Positions 37,559 through 51,524 of a stretch of DNA of 64,000 bases are shown in pieces. Under the pieces are notes generated by a model. It searched no databases. It had not been told where the DNA came from and worked only from the letters and a program-made list of their open reading frames with translations. Both the position numbers and the translations under genes were made by a program. This stretch comes from Octopus sinensis (taxonomy: Eukaryota): NCBI RefSeq assembly GCF_006345805.1, contig NC_043014.1, positions 13,392,001 to 13,456,000 on the forward strand. Direction: 5' to 3'. The stretch's first letter is position 1. Every line of letters starts with the position of its first letter.

Positions 37559-39471
37559 TTTATTTTCCCCCAACGCAATGATATGATTTGAGAAAATTTT
37601 CGCTGATATTCTAAAGCAAGTAACACCTGGTTTGTTTACGTTCCCGTAACATGGAGGTCCGACAATAAATACCAGACTACAAAAAGTTAGTACTGGCGTT
37701 GATTTGTTCGACTAAACTCTTCAATGCAGTGCCCCAACAAGGCCGCAGTCCAGTGAATGAAACGTATAAAAGATGGGTACATGGCCACACATTAGAAGAG
37801 AAAGGTATCCATCCTTGAAAAGATTCCAGTGGAATTTGAACGAAAAATAAGAGGAACGACCCAGTATCACAATGACATTTTGTATTTCGCTCTACCAGCC
37901 GATCATGCCACCCTAGCTGCTAAATGAAAGATTAGTTATTTAGCTATATTTCAACCTTTATCGAGTAGGACAATGATCAAAAGCATACAAGCTGTGCCCA
38001 TCACATCTTCTCCCACTATGGACATACAAAATATAACTACAGGATTTCTCTGAAATCAACCCGCCGTCATTAAAATTGTTTTTGTTTTTTAATGTACAGT
38101 CCTAGATAATATAAAAAGGACGGCTGCGTTTGGAACACCGATCATCTTATGTACATATTCTCAACATAGGCTGAACTGGGACTAAGCAACAAAGATACAA
38201 GGTCACAAAATTTAAACCATGGGATGAGTATAGTCCGTCCATTATACCTGTTTCTTTACTACCCACAAGGGGCTAAACATAGAGGGGGGCAAACAAGGAC
38301 AGACATAGGTATTAAGTTGATTACATTAACTCCTGCGTTAAACTGGTGCTTAATTTATCGACCCCGAAAGGATGAAAGGCAAAGTCGACCTCGGCGGAAT
38401 TCGAACTCACAACGTAACGGCAGACGAAATACCGCTAAGCATTTCGCCCGGCGTGCTAACGCATTATACCGCCAATTTCCCAGGAGCTGAGTAACGTCCG
38501 AAAGGACCGATGAACGAACCTACGACGGATGTTCTCCGGCCGCTCTACCGATCCTCCCATCCATGACAGAATTAAAAGTATATCAAAATAGTTGTAGCAG
38601 GAATCACCACAATCCTTCAGAGATGTTTGTTTTGCTTTCCAACGTCCTCTTCCCCATTTTTGACAGGTTTCTTCTACTCTCACCCTCCCTCTCTTTCTAT
38701 AACTACTGCACTCCCTTCCTCTCTTTCTAAGCCTATTACACCCTCACTTCAATCTTCTCACTCTCTTTTTATTTATCTCCTTTTCTCTTTCTCCCCTCCC
38801 TCTCCATAGCCTGTTTACATTACTCGTTCTTTCCCCCTCCCATTGTCCTATATTTCTTCTCTCTATTTCTCCCCTCCTTGAACTCTCTCTTTCTCTCACT
38901 GTCTATCTCTCTCTATCTTTCCCTTCACTTCTCCAGCAACATTTTATCCTTTAATAACAGTTAACAATTTCAGAAAGATACGAAGAAATCTCTAGGTTTT
39001 TTACTGACTTGAATTGGATAATAAAATAGAATAAAATAAGATAATTACTCAGACACAAAGGCTATTTTCTCTTCTCATCCACATAAATCGATCTATATTC
39101 TATGTACAATAAATACTTAATTATTCATTATTTAAAACAAACACAACCACTTGACTTACATTCACTAAATTAATCAATCGCAAGCTGTGTCTGTGTGTCG
39201 ATATGGGTTTCTGATTTCTGTCTTTTGTCTAAGAGCATGAAATGATCGCTAGAAACGATCCAGACGACAATATATATACCTTCCCCTAAAAGAAATTAAA
39301 ACATTAGCCCTGTATTTTTGCCATTAGAACTCTATATTAAGTGAACGAATAAAAAAATGCCTTATTTGCGATTCCTTTGTCGTTAAATTTCACGTTATAG
39401 GATTTTCGTTTTAAATACAATTTCATTTCACCAATGTTTTGTTATGAAAGTGGCATAATTATACATACATA

Positions 39472-39642
<171 letters not shown>

Positions 39643-40366
39643 TTATTGCCCACAGGGGGCTAAACAGAGAGGGAACAAACAAGGACAGACAAAGGGATTA
39701 AGTCGAGTACATCGGAGTAATCGACCCCGAAAGGATGAAAGGTAAACTCAACCTCGGCGGAATTTGAACACAGAACGTACCGGCAGACGAAATACCGCTA
39801 AGCATTCGCCCGGCGTGCTAACGTTTTAACCGGCACGCCGCCTTAAATGATAATTATCACCTGAAAGATCGCATCGAATGAGGAATTTAACAGAGGCAGA
39901 GTGGATACCCGGCTTTGTGAAAATAAATGCTGCTTTGCATGTATTGTGTGCGATGTCTCACATTTGCTAACTTATTGAGTTGTACAATGCATTTGAACTA
40001 TTTACAAGGAGGTTTTGTTAATAGAAAGAAAAAGGTGTGTTTGCATATGTGTGTGTGTGTGCTTATGCATTCCTTAAATCTGCAATAGCATGGAATAGTA
40101 ATAGCATTTATGTGAATCTTTCTTGGATCCATTATGACAACCCGATTGTTGTATATTTGGAGTTCTTGGATCCATGACAGATATAACCTGGTATTAGCTC
40201 CATGTTGAACATATGTGTATGTGCACGCGTATATATAAGATATACATGTGTGTGTGTATATGTATATATATATATAGATAGATAGATAGATAGACAGATA
40301 GATAGAAAGATAGATTCTACCAATAATGAAACTACACACACATTCTACAAATAACGGAACAGTATG

Positions 40367-40431
<65 letters not shown>

Positions 40432-43400
40432 TGTGTGTTTATATATAGTATGTCTAGTGAATAACTATATATATATATAGTTATTCACTAGATATACTTT
40501 TTTAAAGCCCGAAAATCTAAAACAATATCGTCTTCATAGTGATGATATCCCCGTTTTACTTGCCTGTTCTGTGTACCTTATCAAACTGTCAGTTTACACC
40601 TTTATTCTACCCGCCACCCCTTTAAAATAAGGCATCCAAGCTGCTTGCAAACACAACTGATTAAGGGTTTTGTTAACTGATAAGGGTTTTGTAAAAACAT
40701 AAATAAAACCATTTTTACCGTTGCTGAATCTGCATCGAAGTCCGTCATGTTGCTCCTGACGTTTGAACGATGAAATCCAAAACAAAAAACTAAACTTTGA
40801 GCAAGATTGTCAGCAGGAATCGCAGACCATTCTGTTGTCTGTCGGTTCACTTGGTTACTCACTACGTTCACTAAAAATTATCTACGATAGGCCGAAATTG
40901 CTATAATACTAACACCTTTTTGTTATTTCTTTTATTATATGAAAGATAACAAAAAATATGATATATAGGAAATTGTGCAGGCTTTCAATTTTTTTTTTAC
41001 AGAGAACGATTTATAGAAGAGATATGGTAATAATTTTTTTAACGAAATATTTTGCTTTATTTTAATTTATTTATATTAAACAATATACATATTAAAACAA
41101 TAAAAATTGTACAAACTAGAGAAGCGACTAAGGGAAATAACCGCAGACAGCTGTAAGTATGGAAGCAACAATGTGAAATAAATTGTCTTAGTTCAGTGAG
41201 TTGTTTTTTTTATCCTGTCTTGTGTTCCACACTGAACCAGAGCAGCATTATGAGTTGTTTGGTAAATTATAGCAGGACATGTGCGAACTTTGGTAAATCA
41301 AATTAATGATAGCTGAAGTCAAGTCCTTTTCTCTCGAAGGAAACTTTCATTTAGTGTCAACAGATGAATGGAAATTTGAAATGTTCTGCTCTGCTCATAT
41401 TCTTGGATGAATTCATTATATGTATATTTATAAACATTCCACAGTCCTTTTGTTCTTATAATCTTTTTTTTTTTCCATTCCAGTAAAGAAACATATATAT
41501 CGTTGTATTCACTCTTGCTTCATTTTTATGATAGTATCTATATATATATATAATATTAAGTATCAAAAAAGTCCAGCGTACATCTACGAAGTGATAGCAG
41601 AACCTATCCTTGGGTATCTCTGATCAGGTCGTAGACGTATGAGGAACTCTTCTGACATCTGATAATAAATAATAATACTACTTGCGATGTTTAGTTATGG
41701 CCCTTTGCGATCTGAGTTCAAATTCCACTGAGGTCAAATTATTTTTTAATTCATTCTTCCAGCTTCGATACAAATAATACAAGTACAACATCGTTTTTTT
41801 TTTATGGAACCTTTGATTCCAAAGCCTTTCCAGATTAGTGATTTTTTTCCTGAACCGAGGGTGGTCACCTTAGTCAACACACTGTAAATTAAACAAACAT
41901 AAAACTGACAATTAAATCAAATACAGGTACCTGTACATTTGTATAAATGATTAAAAGTTTATTAATACTGCTCTGTGCAAGGTGCTAGTAAACTAGTCTG
42001 GCGACAACGAGATTCTCTTGTTCCTATTGTAAATTAATACAGATTATAAGAGGTACCGGATCATCAATGTCCGCAAAGTCGCTTTCTGGACTGTTGCTTA
42101 TACTAGAGTCGACTTATATTCCTATAATGTATCCTAAATGTGAATGGGATTATAATAGATGACTAAAAGTGGATATAATTCTTACTCAGTATATTTTCAG
42201 CTTCTACACAAATTCACAGATTAAGTCACTTAGCAAACAAGTGCAATTCCCAAAAGAAGAATGTATCATTTAGAGGAATGGTAAGGCTGCGAGATGGCAG
42301 AATCGTTAGTGCGTCGGACAAAATGCTTAGCAGCATTTCTTTCGGTTCTCTACGTGCTGAGTTCAAAGACTGCCGAGGTTGACTTTGCTTCTCATCTTTT
42401 CAGGGTCGATAAAATAAAAACCATTTGAAGATTGGAGTCGATGCAATTGACTTTTGCCTCCCTTCAAAATTGTTGACCTTACGCCAAAATCAGAGAGGAT
42501 TAAAAGAGGAACGGTGGAAAGTGCATTAGAAGGCTTGGGTAGATGTTTGCAATGTATCTTTGATCATTTTCTCATTGTTGCTAATAAAATAAACACAAGA
42601 ATGTCCATATGCAGTGATATCCATCAAGTCTGTTGCACTGAAATAAAAGAAATTCTCCACCATCACAAAAATAGGTCCTGTGTTCAACGAAAAGAAATAT
42701 ACATAAACTTATGACAAGGATATATTCAACTCATTCTTGTACCACAAAATATAATTATATATATATATATATATATGTGCGCGTATGCGGTTGCATTTAT
42801 ATGTATATGTATGTATATATATATATACTCGTATATCCAATCTCTCTGCTTTTGGTTGCTTCCTAGATTAAATGTTAAGGCGTATGAAACTTCAAAGAAT
42901 AATTCTTCAACGAACGAAGTGAGACATTGCTGTAAATCGAAATACTTTTAAGAATTATCTCCCTTAAATCACGAAAGCGACGTCTTCCTTCAAGATTTTT
43001 GTTGCTTCTTAATGGTGAAAGATAATTTAAGTTTTCTTTGGTCAAGGTCAAACTGCGTGGGATATTTACAAACAGGGGGAAATAATTTAACATATTCCGG
43101 TGAAATAATAGAATCTGAGGAAATTAGTGATGGTCTGTTGTTACAAAATACATAAATTTTTAGAAAGCAAATAAAATTACTCTGTTATGTCTGGGAGAGT
43201 CATTTTCTTTTTGTGCCTTATAATGTAACACACTCACCGTTGCGTCTTGCAACCTTTTCAATAGTCTTGACGCAACAGAATATGCTTCAACACACGAACT
43301 CATATAAAGAATCTTGCAAACCAAATCCAAAAACGAAAAATAAAATTACCGTCTCCTTTAAAAAATAACGAAATACACAGAAAATTTTGAAAACAAGTTT

Positions 43401-44319
43401 TTGACAGGCCGTTTCATTTCGTTTTTTTTTGGACACTCACAACAAATATAAGACATGCTTCAAGAAATTTCAACGCAATTTCCGACCATGACTATTCCTT
43501 TGTTTTTTGTTAAGAGTGTGGGGGGGGGGTTATTGTTTTTTATTTACTTTCGTTTTTTCAAATTTAAGTTTATTCGCAGGCCTGTCCTCCTGGTTGAGGA
43601 AACGTATAATCAGATATAAGGGACAATAGATTAAGTCTGCTCCTCAAGGATACCATTGTGGGATTTGAAACTCAGCAAAGAACCAAAACAACAAAAGCTG
43701 TTAGGCACCTCGTCTCTACTAGTTAACCACCCTGGATTGGTATTCTGGTTACCAACCCTAAAGGATGAAAGGTAAAATTAACCCCGGCAGAATTTGAACT
43801 CAGAACTCAAAAAAAACTGAAAGAAATACTGCAAAGTAATGAAGTCACGTCAGTTACAAAGACCCAGTACGGTTGCTTCATCTGGTAAAAGAAGCAGCCA
43901 AATCTCCAACAAATTACACCTTACTGTCTAATTTAAAGAAGGATGCATTTGGTAATATGCTCCCAGAAAAATGTAATAGTGATAGCTGGAATAACTTTGA
44001 TTATAAATCTGCTCATTCAAGGTTATTCTGGGGCTAAGCTGCTACAAAAACCATGTTTGTAGTTGCTCATTGTTCTAGGAAAAGCAGGTGAACCTTTCTC
44101 AAATCACCCCATGTTAAAAAAGAAGGATGCATTGGATATTTGATTTAACCCTAGATATATGTCTGAAAATATAAGACAAGATGGCCATGGTTAAAACACC
44201 ATTGATCATTGATTGTTCAATCAGTTTTCAGAAGCTAAGCAATAACAACAAAAAAAAAGACACAAGAAAACATTTTAGGAGAATTTACAGAATCTTGTAA
44301 TATACATTGGAAATATAGA

Positions 44320-44530
44320 CACATGATTTCAATGTCATAGGAAAGGATCATAAAATGGATTCTTCAAGCCAAGCCAACTGACAGGAAAACTAGAGGAAGA
44401 CCATGTGCAAGATGGTTTGATAATATCCATAGTCTTGGTTAATCGTGCTTGGGAGTCCAATCATAAAATGTAATGACGGTTGCTTCCATGGAGATGTCAC
44501 AACCCTCCCTGTAATAGTAGGCAGAGAAAA
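44320..44530 (+). mobile_element. RTE/Expander-like LINE C-terminal remnant
   Basis: ERIIKWILQAKPT.RKTRGRP.ARW.DNI resembles the Rex3/Expander ORF2 end. Confidence 0.6.
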
Positions 44531-44937
44531 TGGATGCATGTATAAATAAACTGAAATACTGATGATGGCATCAAAATGTCAAAGCAGATCATAAACCTTG
44601 AACTCCTGGGTTTTATATCACAAATTTTGATATAGCATTGATAGAATTCATTAAACATAAAACATAGCTATAGCAGGAGTGCTTTTTATTCAGAGATAGA
44701 CCTATTAATCATTTTTATATCAACTCATCTGTGACCACTTACACTAAAGGGTTCCTATTTGAATTAAAATCTACATGAGACACATTGCAAAATGAACATT
44801 ACTGACATGAGATTTCAGTTGGTCAACACAAATGAAATACATCCATAAACAAAGAAGAGCCAACATAGGCGCTTCTAGAAATAAGAACTAAATCTTCATA
44901 TTTAAATGAAAATGTAATGAAATCTCATTATCATATG

Positions 44938-46758
44938 CAATCTGCTAACATGAAGCGCTGTATGCATAATTGTTTTCGTTTGGAATGCACTACTGCTGCT
45001 ACTTGACCTCCTCCTCATCTTCCTCTTCCACCTGCTCATCTTCCACTTCATCATCATCTTCCTCCTTTCTCCACCTCATCTTCCTCACCATCATCTTCTG
45101 CCTCCCCCTCATCATCATCCTCCTCCTCCTTCTCGCCCTCATCTTTCTCATCATGATCATCTACTTCCTCATTGACCTCCTCCTCTTCCCCTTCCCCTCC
45201 TCTTCCCCTTCCCCTCCTCTTCCTCTTCCCCTTCACCTCCTCTACCCCTACTCCTCTTCCTACTACTACTGCAGCCTCTGCACCTCCTCATAGCTGCATG
45301 GTCTTATGCCCATCTCCCCTCAAGCAATCCAAAATTCCCATTTCACTCATCTCTCCTCTTCATGGCATTCATTTGTATCTATCCCCATCCTCAGCTGCGA
45401 CCATTATCCCATACTAGTTTCTACATTCAGTCCTTCTTCCCCAGAATGTCAATCTCTATAGAATTAAATTCTCTCCCTCCTTTAATTCTTCAAAAGGTAC
45501 TTCAGGTGTATTGATGTCACTTACCTCAGAGGTCCTGGGAATGCCATTGGCACAGTTCCTTCCCCCAGATCATTAAAAAAAATTGTAAGAAATGTACATA
45601 TGTATGCATATATCTCTATAAATGTCAAATTATGAAATGAGTACTCAACACTGCATTGGTGGATGTATAATTTCTTTATTTGTGAATTAAGGCTACCATT
45701 GGTTTCATGCTAAGAAAAGTAGGAAAATATCCCAGTGTCTTAACAATTTTTCAAGCCGAATTTACAAGAAATCCAGTGAACAAAGCAAGACTGTTTTCCA
45801 AAATGGAAGCGAACACCTTTCTCCATATGACTGGCTTGAAAAATTATTAAGACACTGGGATATTTTCCTACTTTTCTTAACATGAAACCAATGGTAACTT
45901 TAATTCACAAACAAAGAAATTTTTTATATATCATCATCATCATCATCATCGTTTAGCGTCCGCTTTCCATGCTGGTATGGGTTGGACGGTGCACTGATCT
46001 GGCAATGTTTCTACGGCTGGATGCCCTTCCTAATGCCAACCACTCCATGAGTGTAGTGGGTGCTTTTTACATGCCACCGGCACAAGTGCCAGACAAGGCT
46101 GGCAAACGGCCACCAGCTGATGGTGCTTTTTACATGCCACCGGCATGGAGGCCAGGCGAGGCTGGCAACGACCACAATCGGATGATACTTTTTACGTGCC
46201 ACCGACACAGAAGCCAGTCGGGGCAACACTGAAAACAGCCATGTTCGGATGGTTCTCTTATGTGCCACTGGCACTGGTATCACAGCTACAATTTCCATTG
46301 ATACTGATCGATTTTGATTTTTGATTTTGATTTGATTTTCACTTGCCTCAACAGGTCTCCACAAGTAGAGTTTTGTGTCCCAAGAAGGGAAGGTATGCAT
46401 AAGTGAACTGAGGCCATGGGTTATGGTCTCACTTGTCCTGCCGGGTCTTCTCACGCATACTTCCAAAGGAAGAGAAGATGGAGGAGGAACAGGAAGAAGA
46501 GGAGGAGGTCAATGAGAAAGTAGATGAGGAGGAGGTAGATGATCATGATGAGAAAGATAAGGGCGAGGAGGAGGAAGAAGATGATGGTGAGGAAGATGAG
46601 GAGGAGGAAGAGAAGGAAGAAGATGAGGTGGAGAAAGGAGCAGAAGGAGGAAGATGATGATGAAGTGGAAGAGGAAGATGAGGAGGAGGTCAAGTAGCAG
46701 CAGTAGTGCATTCCAAATGAAAACAATTATGCATACAGTGCCTCATGTTAGCAGATTG
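44938..46758. repeat. Nested inverted repeat (outer arms about 250-270 bp, inner arms about 96 bp) with an RTE insertion
   Basis: 44938-45190 is the reverse complement of about 46490-46758; 45662-45757 is the reverse complement of 45833-45932. Confidence 0.85.
45931..46458 (-). mobile_element. RTE 3' end inserted inside the foldback
   Basis: (CAT)n tail at 45931 and family 3' UTR extending to the ORF end near 46458. Confidence 0.8.
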
Positions 46759-46789
<31 letters not shown>

Positions 46790-46853
46790 ACAGCTGAGTG
46801 GACAAATGAAGGAAAAGGGGACTCAACACATTTATTAAGAGTTACATGTATTA

Positions 46854-47229
46854 CTAGCAGTATCGCCCGGCGTTGCTTGGGTTTGTAAGGGAAATAACTA
46901 TATAAGCATTTTTAGAGAGTTATAGCCAAAAAATAGAAAAAAAATGATGGTAAATTTTTTTTAAAATCGTTGACACATCGTAGACATTTTTAGAGAGTTA
47001 CTTCCCTTATATAATAGCGAAAAAATGCATTAAAATGGAAAAAAATGATGGTAAATTTTTTTCTAAATCGTAGACTCATCGTAGACACGCGCTAATACCC
47101 AGAAGGGCTCGATATGAATCACGACTATAAGATACCCGGTTTTGGTTAAACTGCACCGCAAAATGTGGGAGTAGTTAGGAATTTAAATCGTAGGAGACAT
47201 ACACACAACTTGACTTTTATATATAAAGA
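46854..47229 (-). mobile_element. Second copy of the same non-autonomous Helitron
   Basis: Reverse complement of 6347-6722 with the same TC...CTAG ends. Confidence 0.85.
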
Positions 47230-48509
47230 TTTAAAACAGTATGATTTGGATTCCATGCTACTTCAAGTTTTACAGGCTCCTATCGGAACCTGTTTCTTAA
47301 GGCAGGTGGAATAGCCTGATGAGACAGGCCCCTTTAGGGTCCTGTGAAACTTAAAATAGCACAGAGGCCAAATCAAACTGTTTTGAATAATATATATTTA
47401 TACTTATATAAATGAAAAATGCATTAAATACTACAAAACATACATGTAGGATAGACACAAGGGCCTCAATGTTTCATCAGTTACCAACTAAAAATGTTAA
47501 TACCCAGTTTCATGCCTTTAATGATAATGACTGGGAACTTCATATATCAGCTGCACCTACAAGATTTGTGTAGAATTAGGGCTCAAGCAAACATATATCA
47601 TCATCATTATCGTTTAGCATCCGCTTTCCATGCTGGCATGGGTTGGACAGTTTGACTGAGGACTGGTGAGTCAGATGGCTGCACCAGGCTCCGATCTGAT
47701 CTGGCAGAGTTTCTACGGTTAGATGCTCTTCCTAATGCCAACCACTCCGAGAGTGTAGAGGGTGCTTTTACATGCCACCGGCACGAGGACCAGTCAGGCG
47801 GTACTGGTGACAGCCATGCCCAAATGGTGTTTTTTATCCGCCACTTGCACAGGAGCTAGTCCTGCGGCACTAGCAACAACCTCACGCTCGAATGTTTTTT
47901 TTCACATGCCAGTAAGGCGACGCTGGTAATGATCATGCTTGAATGGTGCTTTTTATGTGTCAATGGTACTGGAGCCAGTCAGCGGCCCTGGCAACGATCA
48001 TGCTCAGATGGTTTTCTTAACGTTCCACTGGCATGGGTGCCAGTCATGCAGTGCTGTTATCAGCCACGTCAGTGAATTCGATCTTGATTCCCTGTGCCGG
48101 TGGAACGTAAAAAGTACCATCTGAACATTGCCGATGCCAGCGCCGCCTAGACTGGCTTCTGTGCCAGTGGCACGTAAAAAGCACCATCCGAATCGTGGCT
48201 GTTGCCAGCTCCGCCTTGACTGGCTTCCGTGCCGGTGGCATGTAAAATGCACCAATCCATTCGTGGCCGTTGCCAGCCTCGCCTGGCACCTGTGCCAGTG
48301 GCACACAAAAAGCACCTACTACACTCACGGAGTGGTTGGCGTTAGGAAGGGCACCGAGCTGTAGAAACACTGCCAGATCTGACTGGAGCCTGGTGCAGCC
48401 TTCTGGCTTCCCAGATCCCTGGTCGGACTGTCCAACCCATGCTAGCATGGAGAACGGACATTAAACAATGATGATGATATATATATACTTAATCATATTG
48501 AAGGGAATC

Positions 48510-48955
48510 AAAACAAAAAAATCAAAACAAATCAAAATAGATGAACATCAATGGAATTTGTATCTTTGTGGTACCAGTGCCGGTGGCACACAAGAAAACC
48601 ATCCGAACGTGGCCGTAGCCAGTACCGCATCGACTGGCCTCCGTGCTGTGGGCACGTAACAAACACCATCCGATCATGGCCGTTCGCCAGCCTCATCTGG
48701 CACCTGTGTCGGTGGCACGTAAAAACACCATCCGAGCGTGGCCGTCTGCCAGCCTCGTCTGGCACCTGTGTCGGTGGCACATAAAAAACACCATCCGAGC
48801 GTGGCCGTTCGCCAGCCTCGTCTGGCATCTGTGTCGGTGGCACATAAAATCACCCACAACACTCTCGGAGTGGTTGGCGTTAGGAAGGGCATCCAGCTGT
48901 AACCCATGCTAGCATGGAAAGCGGACGTTAAATGATGATGATGATGATGATGATG
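48510..48955 (+). mobile_element. RTE 3' UTR copy with 4-5 tandem 62-63-bp subunits
   Basis: Unit ccagcctcgtctggcacctgtgtcggtggcacgtaaaaacaccatccgagcgtggccgttcg; ends in (GAT)n. Confidence 0.85.
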
Positions 48956-51524
48956 AAGGGAAATGGAAATTAATAGAAATTTTCACTTCCATTGGCCTAG
49001 TGTGTAAAAATTTAGTCCAAAGACTATGTATTACTCATAAAATACAGTGAACATTTAAACACATAAGGAATACACTTGTGGGATTCAACCTGCTAGAAAG
49101 AACAGCTAGGTTCTATAACCACAAAATTAGGGATAAAATCCGACAGGAACGAAATGAAAAAATAAAAACTTTTACCATCTAGTTTCCTGGACCAATTGGT
49201 TTCTGATTTTAGTTTAGCAAATAAATAACATTTGCTAGGTGAAATCATTTCCCTTCAATATGATTAAGTATTGTAAGTTTTTGGATAATTTTCGGATTTT
49301 AAAAGTTGGCATTTTTTTATTGCCGACGAGGGGTTGCATCAAACTCACAGCCTTACAATCGTAAGCCAAATATCTCTAACCATTAAGCCATGTGCTTTAA
49401 CACAGTGTACGTGTATAAGAGTGTAACAGCAGGCTAACGTATGATTATCAGTCTGACATCTATACACGTAAAAGCTTGAGTCTGTACATGTACATAGAAA
49501 AGTGTGTATAAGTGTGAAAGAAGAGTGAGAATGTAGATACAAGTATATGTCTATATTTATGTGTATGAAAAATTTGTGAAAAGGTGTGTAGAATTGTTCT
49601 GAAGAGTAATTAGGTGAGTGGATATTGGTGTGTATACGACCCTTGCAGAGGTCCAAAGTTGACATCAATCAGCCTGAACAATCACAGAATTCTAGGAAGA
49701 CCAAGAAACATTATCAGTAATTTCTCTGGCTACCTTGAAAAAACATGTCTATTTTGATGGTATTCTGTACATGTATGTGTCTGAGTTTGTATATGTATGT
49801 AGGAAAAGGTGTGTGTAGCTGTGTTGAAGGTAGAGTGATGAGGATGAGTAAATTATATTTAAAAAATGGGTGTGTGAGATAAACGTAGAAAGATAAGAAA
49901 TATAGATTGGTATGTTATAGGGAAATATATGTAACAGAGTGCGTGTATGTGTGTACGTATTTGTAACTGTTCATTTGTGTGTCTCAATGGAAGAATGTAC
50001 AGATATGTATCTAGAAAAAAAAAAAAATTACAAACATATGTATGTATGTGTATTCGTTTGTGTGAGTGAGTGTTTATGTGTAAATGTTAAAATATTGAGA
50101 TAGATAATATAGATATCTGAATGTTAGCAAGATAAGTTATTTTAGGTACAAAGTTGTGACTCAGAAGGGTTGCCTTCAGAATTGTAATCTGTAATCTTGT
50201 CCTTCAAACTTTTTTTAAGTTAATATGTAGCTTTGTACTATTTCCAACTACCTGGAAATAAAATAAGTATTTTGAAATCATAAATGTGATTTTTGATTAC
50301 GGTTAAATTAAGTACATCAGCCAGTAGGTTAACCTTCCTCTGTTCAGGAGTTTGCTTGCCAAGACTCCCTAGTCCTTTTACTTGTTGCTCCTATTTCTAT
50401 CATCACTGGCATCATTTTGGGGTAATACATGATGGGATCCCAATCTCTTTCATGATGACTGGCCAATGTTGCCTTTGCTGATTTGACTCACACTGTCATA
50501 CCTTCTAGTCCATTGATCTTACTGCTGCAAATAACGTAGAGTCATCAATATTCAAGTCCAGCTTAGTTTCATTATGTATGACAAAAGACAAAAAGAAGCA
50601 GGTTAAATACTGAAACTTGTGGGGCAGATACGAGTGGATGACAAATCAGTCATTGACTTGAAAAAGGAGGTTTTGAATTGTTTTGGAAATAAGCTGTAGG
50701 TAAAGCACATGCAAAATAAGAGACATAGTGGAGTGGCAAGTTCCTAAACACAGGTGGCTAGTTTATTAAGAATTAAGCGATAATAATGGTTTGAAATTGT
50801 GGTAAAAAGCCCGCCATTTTGGGGGAAGGGGTAAGTTGATTAAACTGACCTTAGTGCTCAACTGGTACTTATTTTATCGGCCCTGAAAGGATGAAAGGCA
50901 AAATCGACCTCAGTGGAATTTGAACTTAGAACATAAAGACAGATAAGATGCACTGCTAATGATTCTGCCAGCTGGTCCTTTGCCAGTTTCAAAGCCAGCA
51001 ATCTAGAAGGTAGGGGACAAGTCAATCATATTAACCCCAGTACTTAACTGGTACTTTATTATATCAACCCCAATAAAAAATTCTAGAAATTTTTTAAAAA
51101 AGAAAGGTTGTCATCTTTTTTAAAAATTGCCTTTTTTTTTTCTTGAATTCTAGGACTCACCAGGGCTGGTTACCTGGTTTCCATGCTTATAAGTAACCAG
51201 GTCACAACTCTCACCCTGAATGGGATGTTGGTCTGTTGCAAGGTTCAAGGCTAGTAATTCTGAGGGTAAGGAACAAGTTGAGTATGTCAGTCCCAGTACT
51301 TGACTGGTACTCTGTTTGACTGACTCTGAAGGGATGAAAGGCAAAGTTCAGCTTGACAGGATTTGAACTCAGAATGTTAAGAGTCACTATGTATTTTGTC
51401 CAAAGAGCTAATGATTCTGCCAGCTTGTTGCCTATTCTGAATCAATGTTGCTTTTTTATTGATCCTGAAGTGAGGGAAGGTAAAGTTGATCTTGGTGGGA
51501 TTTGAACTCAGAATGTAAAGAGCT

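Noticed and set aside
45054-46657. Acidic Glu/Asp-rich ORFs and matching hydrophobic ORFs on the opposite strand
   Set aside because: Low-complexity (GAA/GAG/GAT) tracts in the two arms of an inverted repeat, with no splice context or domain.
48575-48860. Regularly spaced repeats resembling a CRISPR array
   Set aside because: Eukaryotic context, no unique spacers and no cas genes; these are tandem subunits of a LINE 3' UTR.
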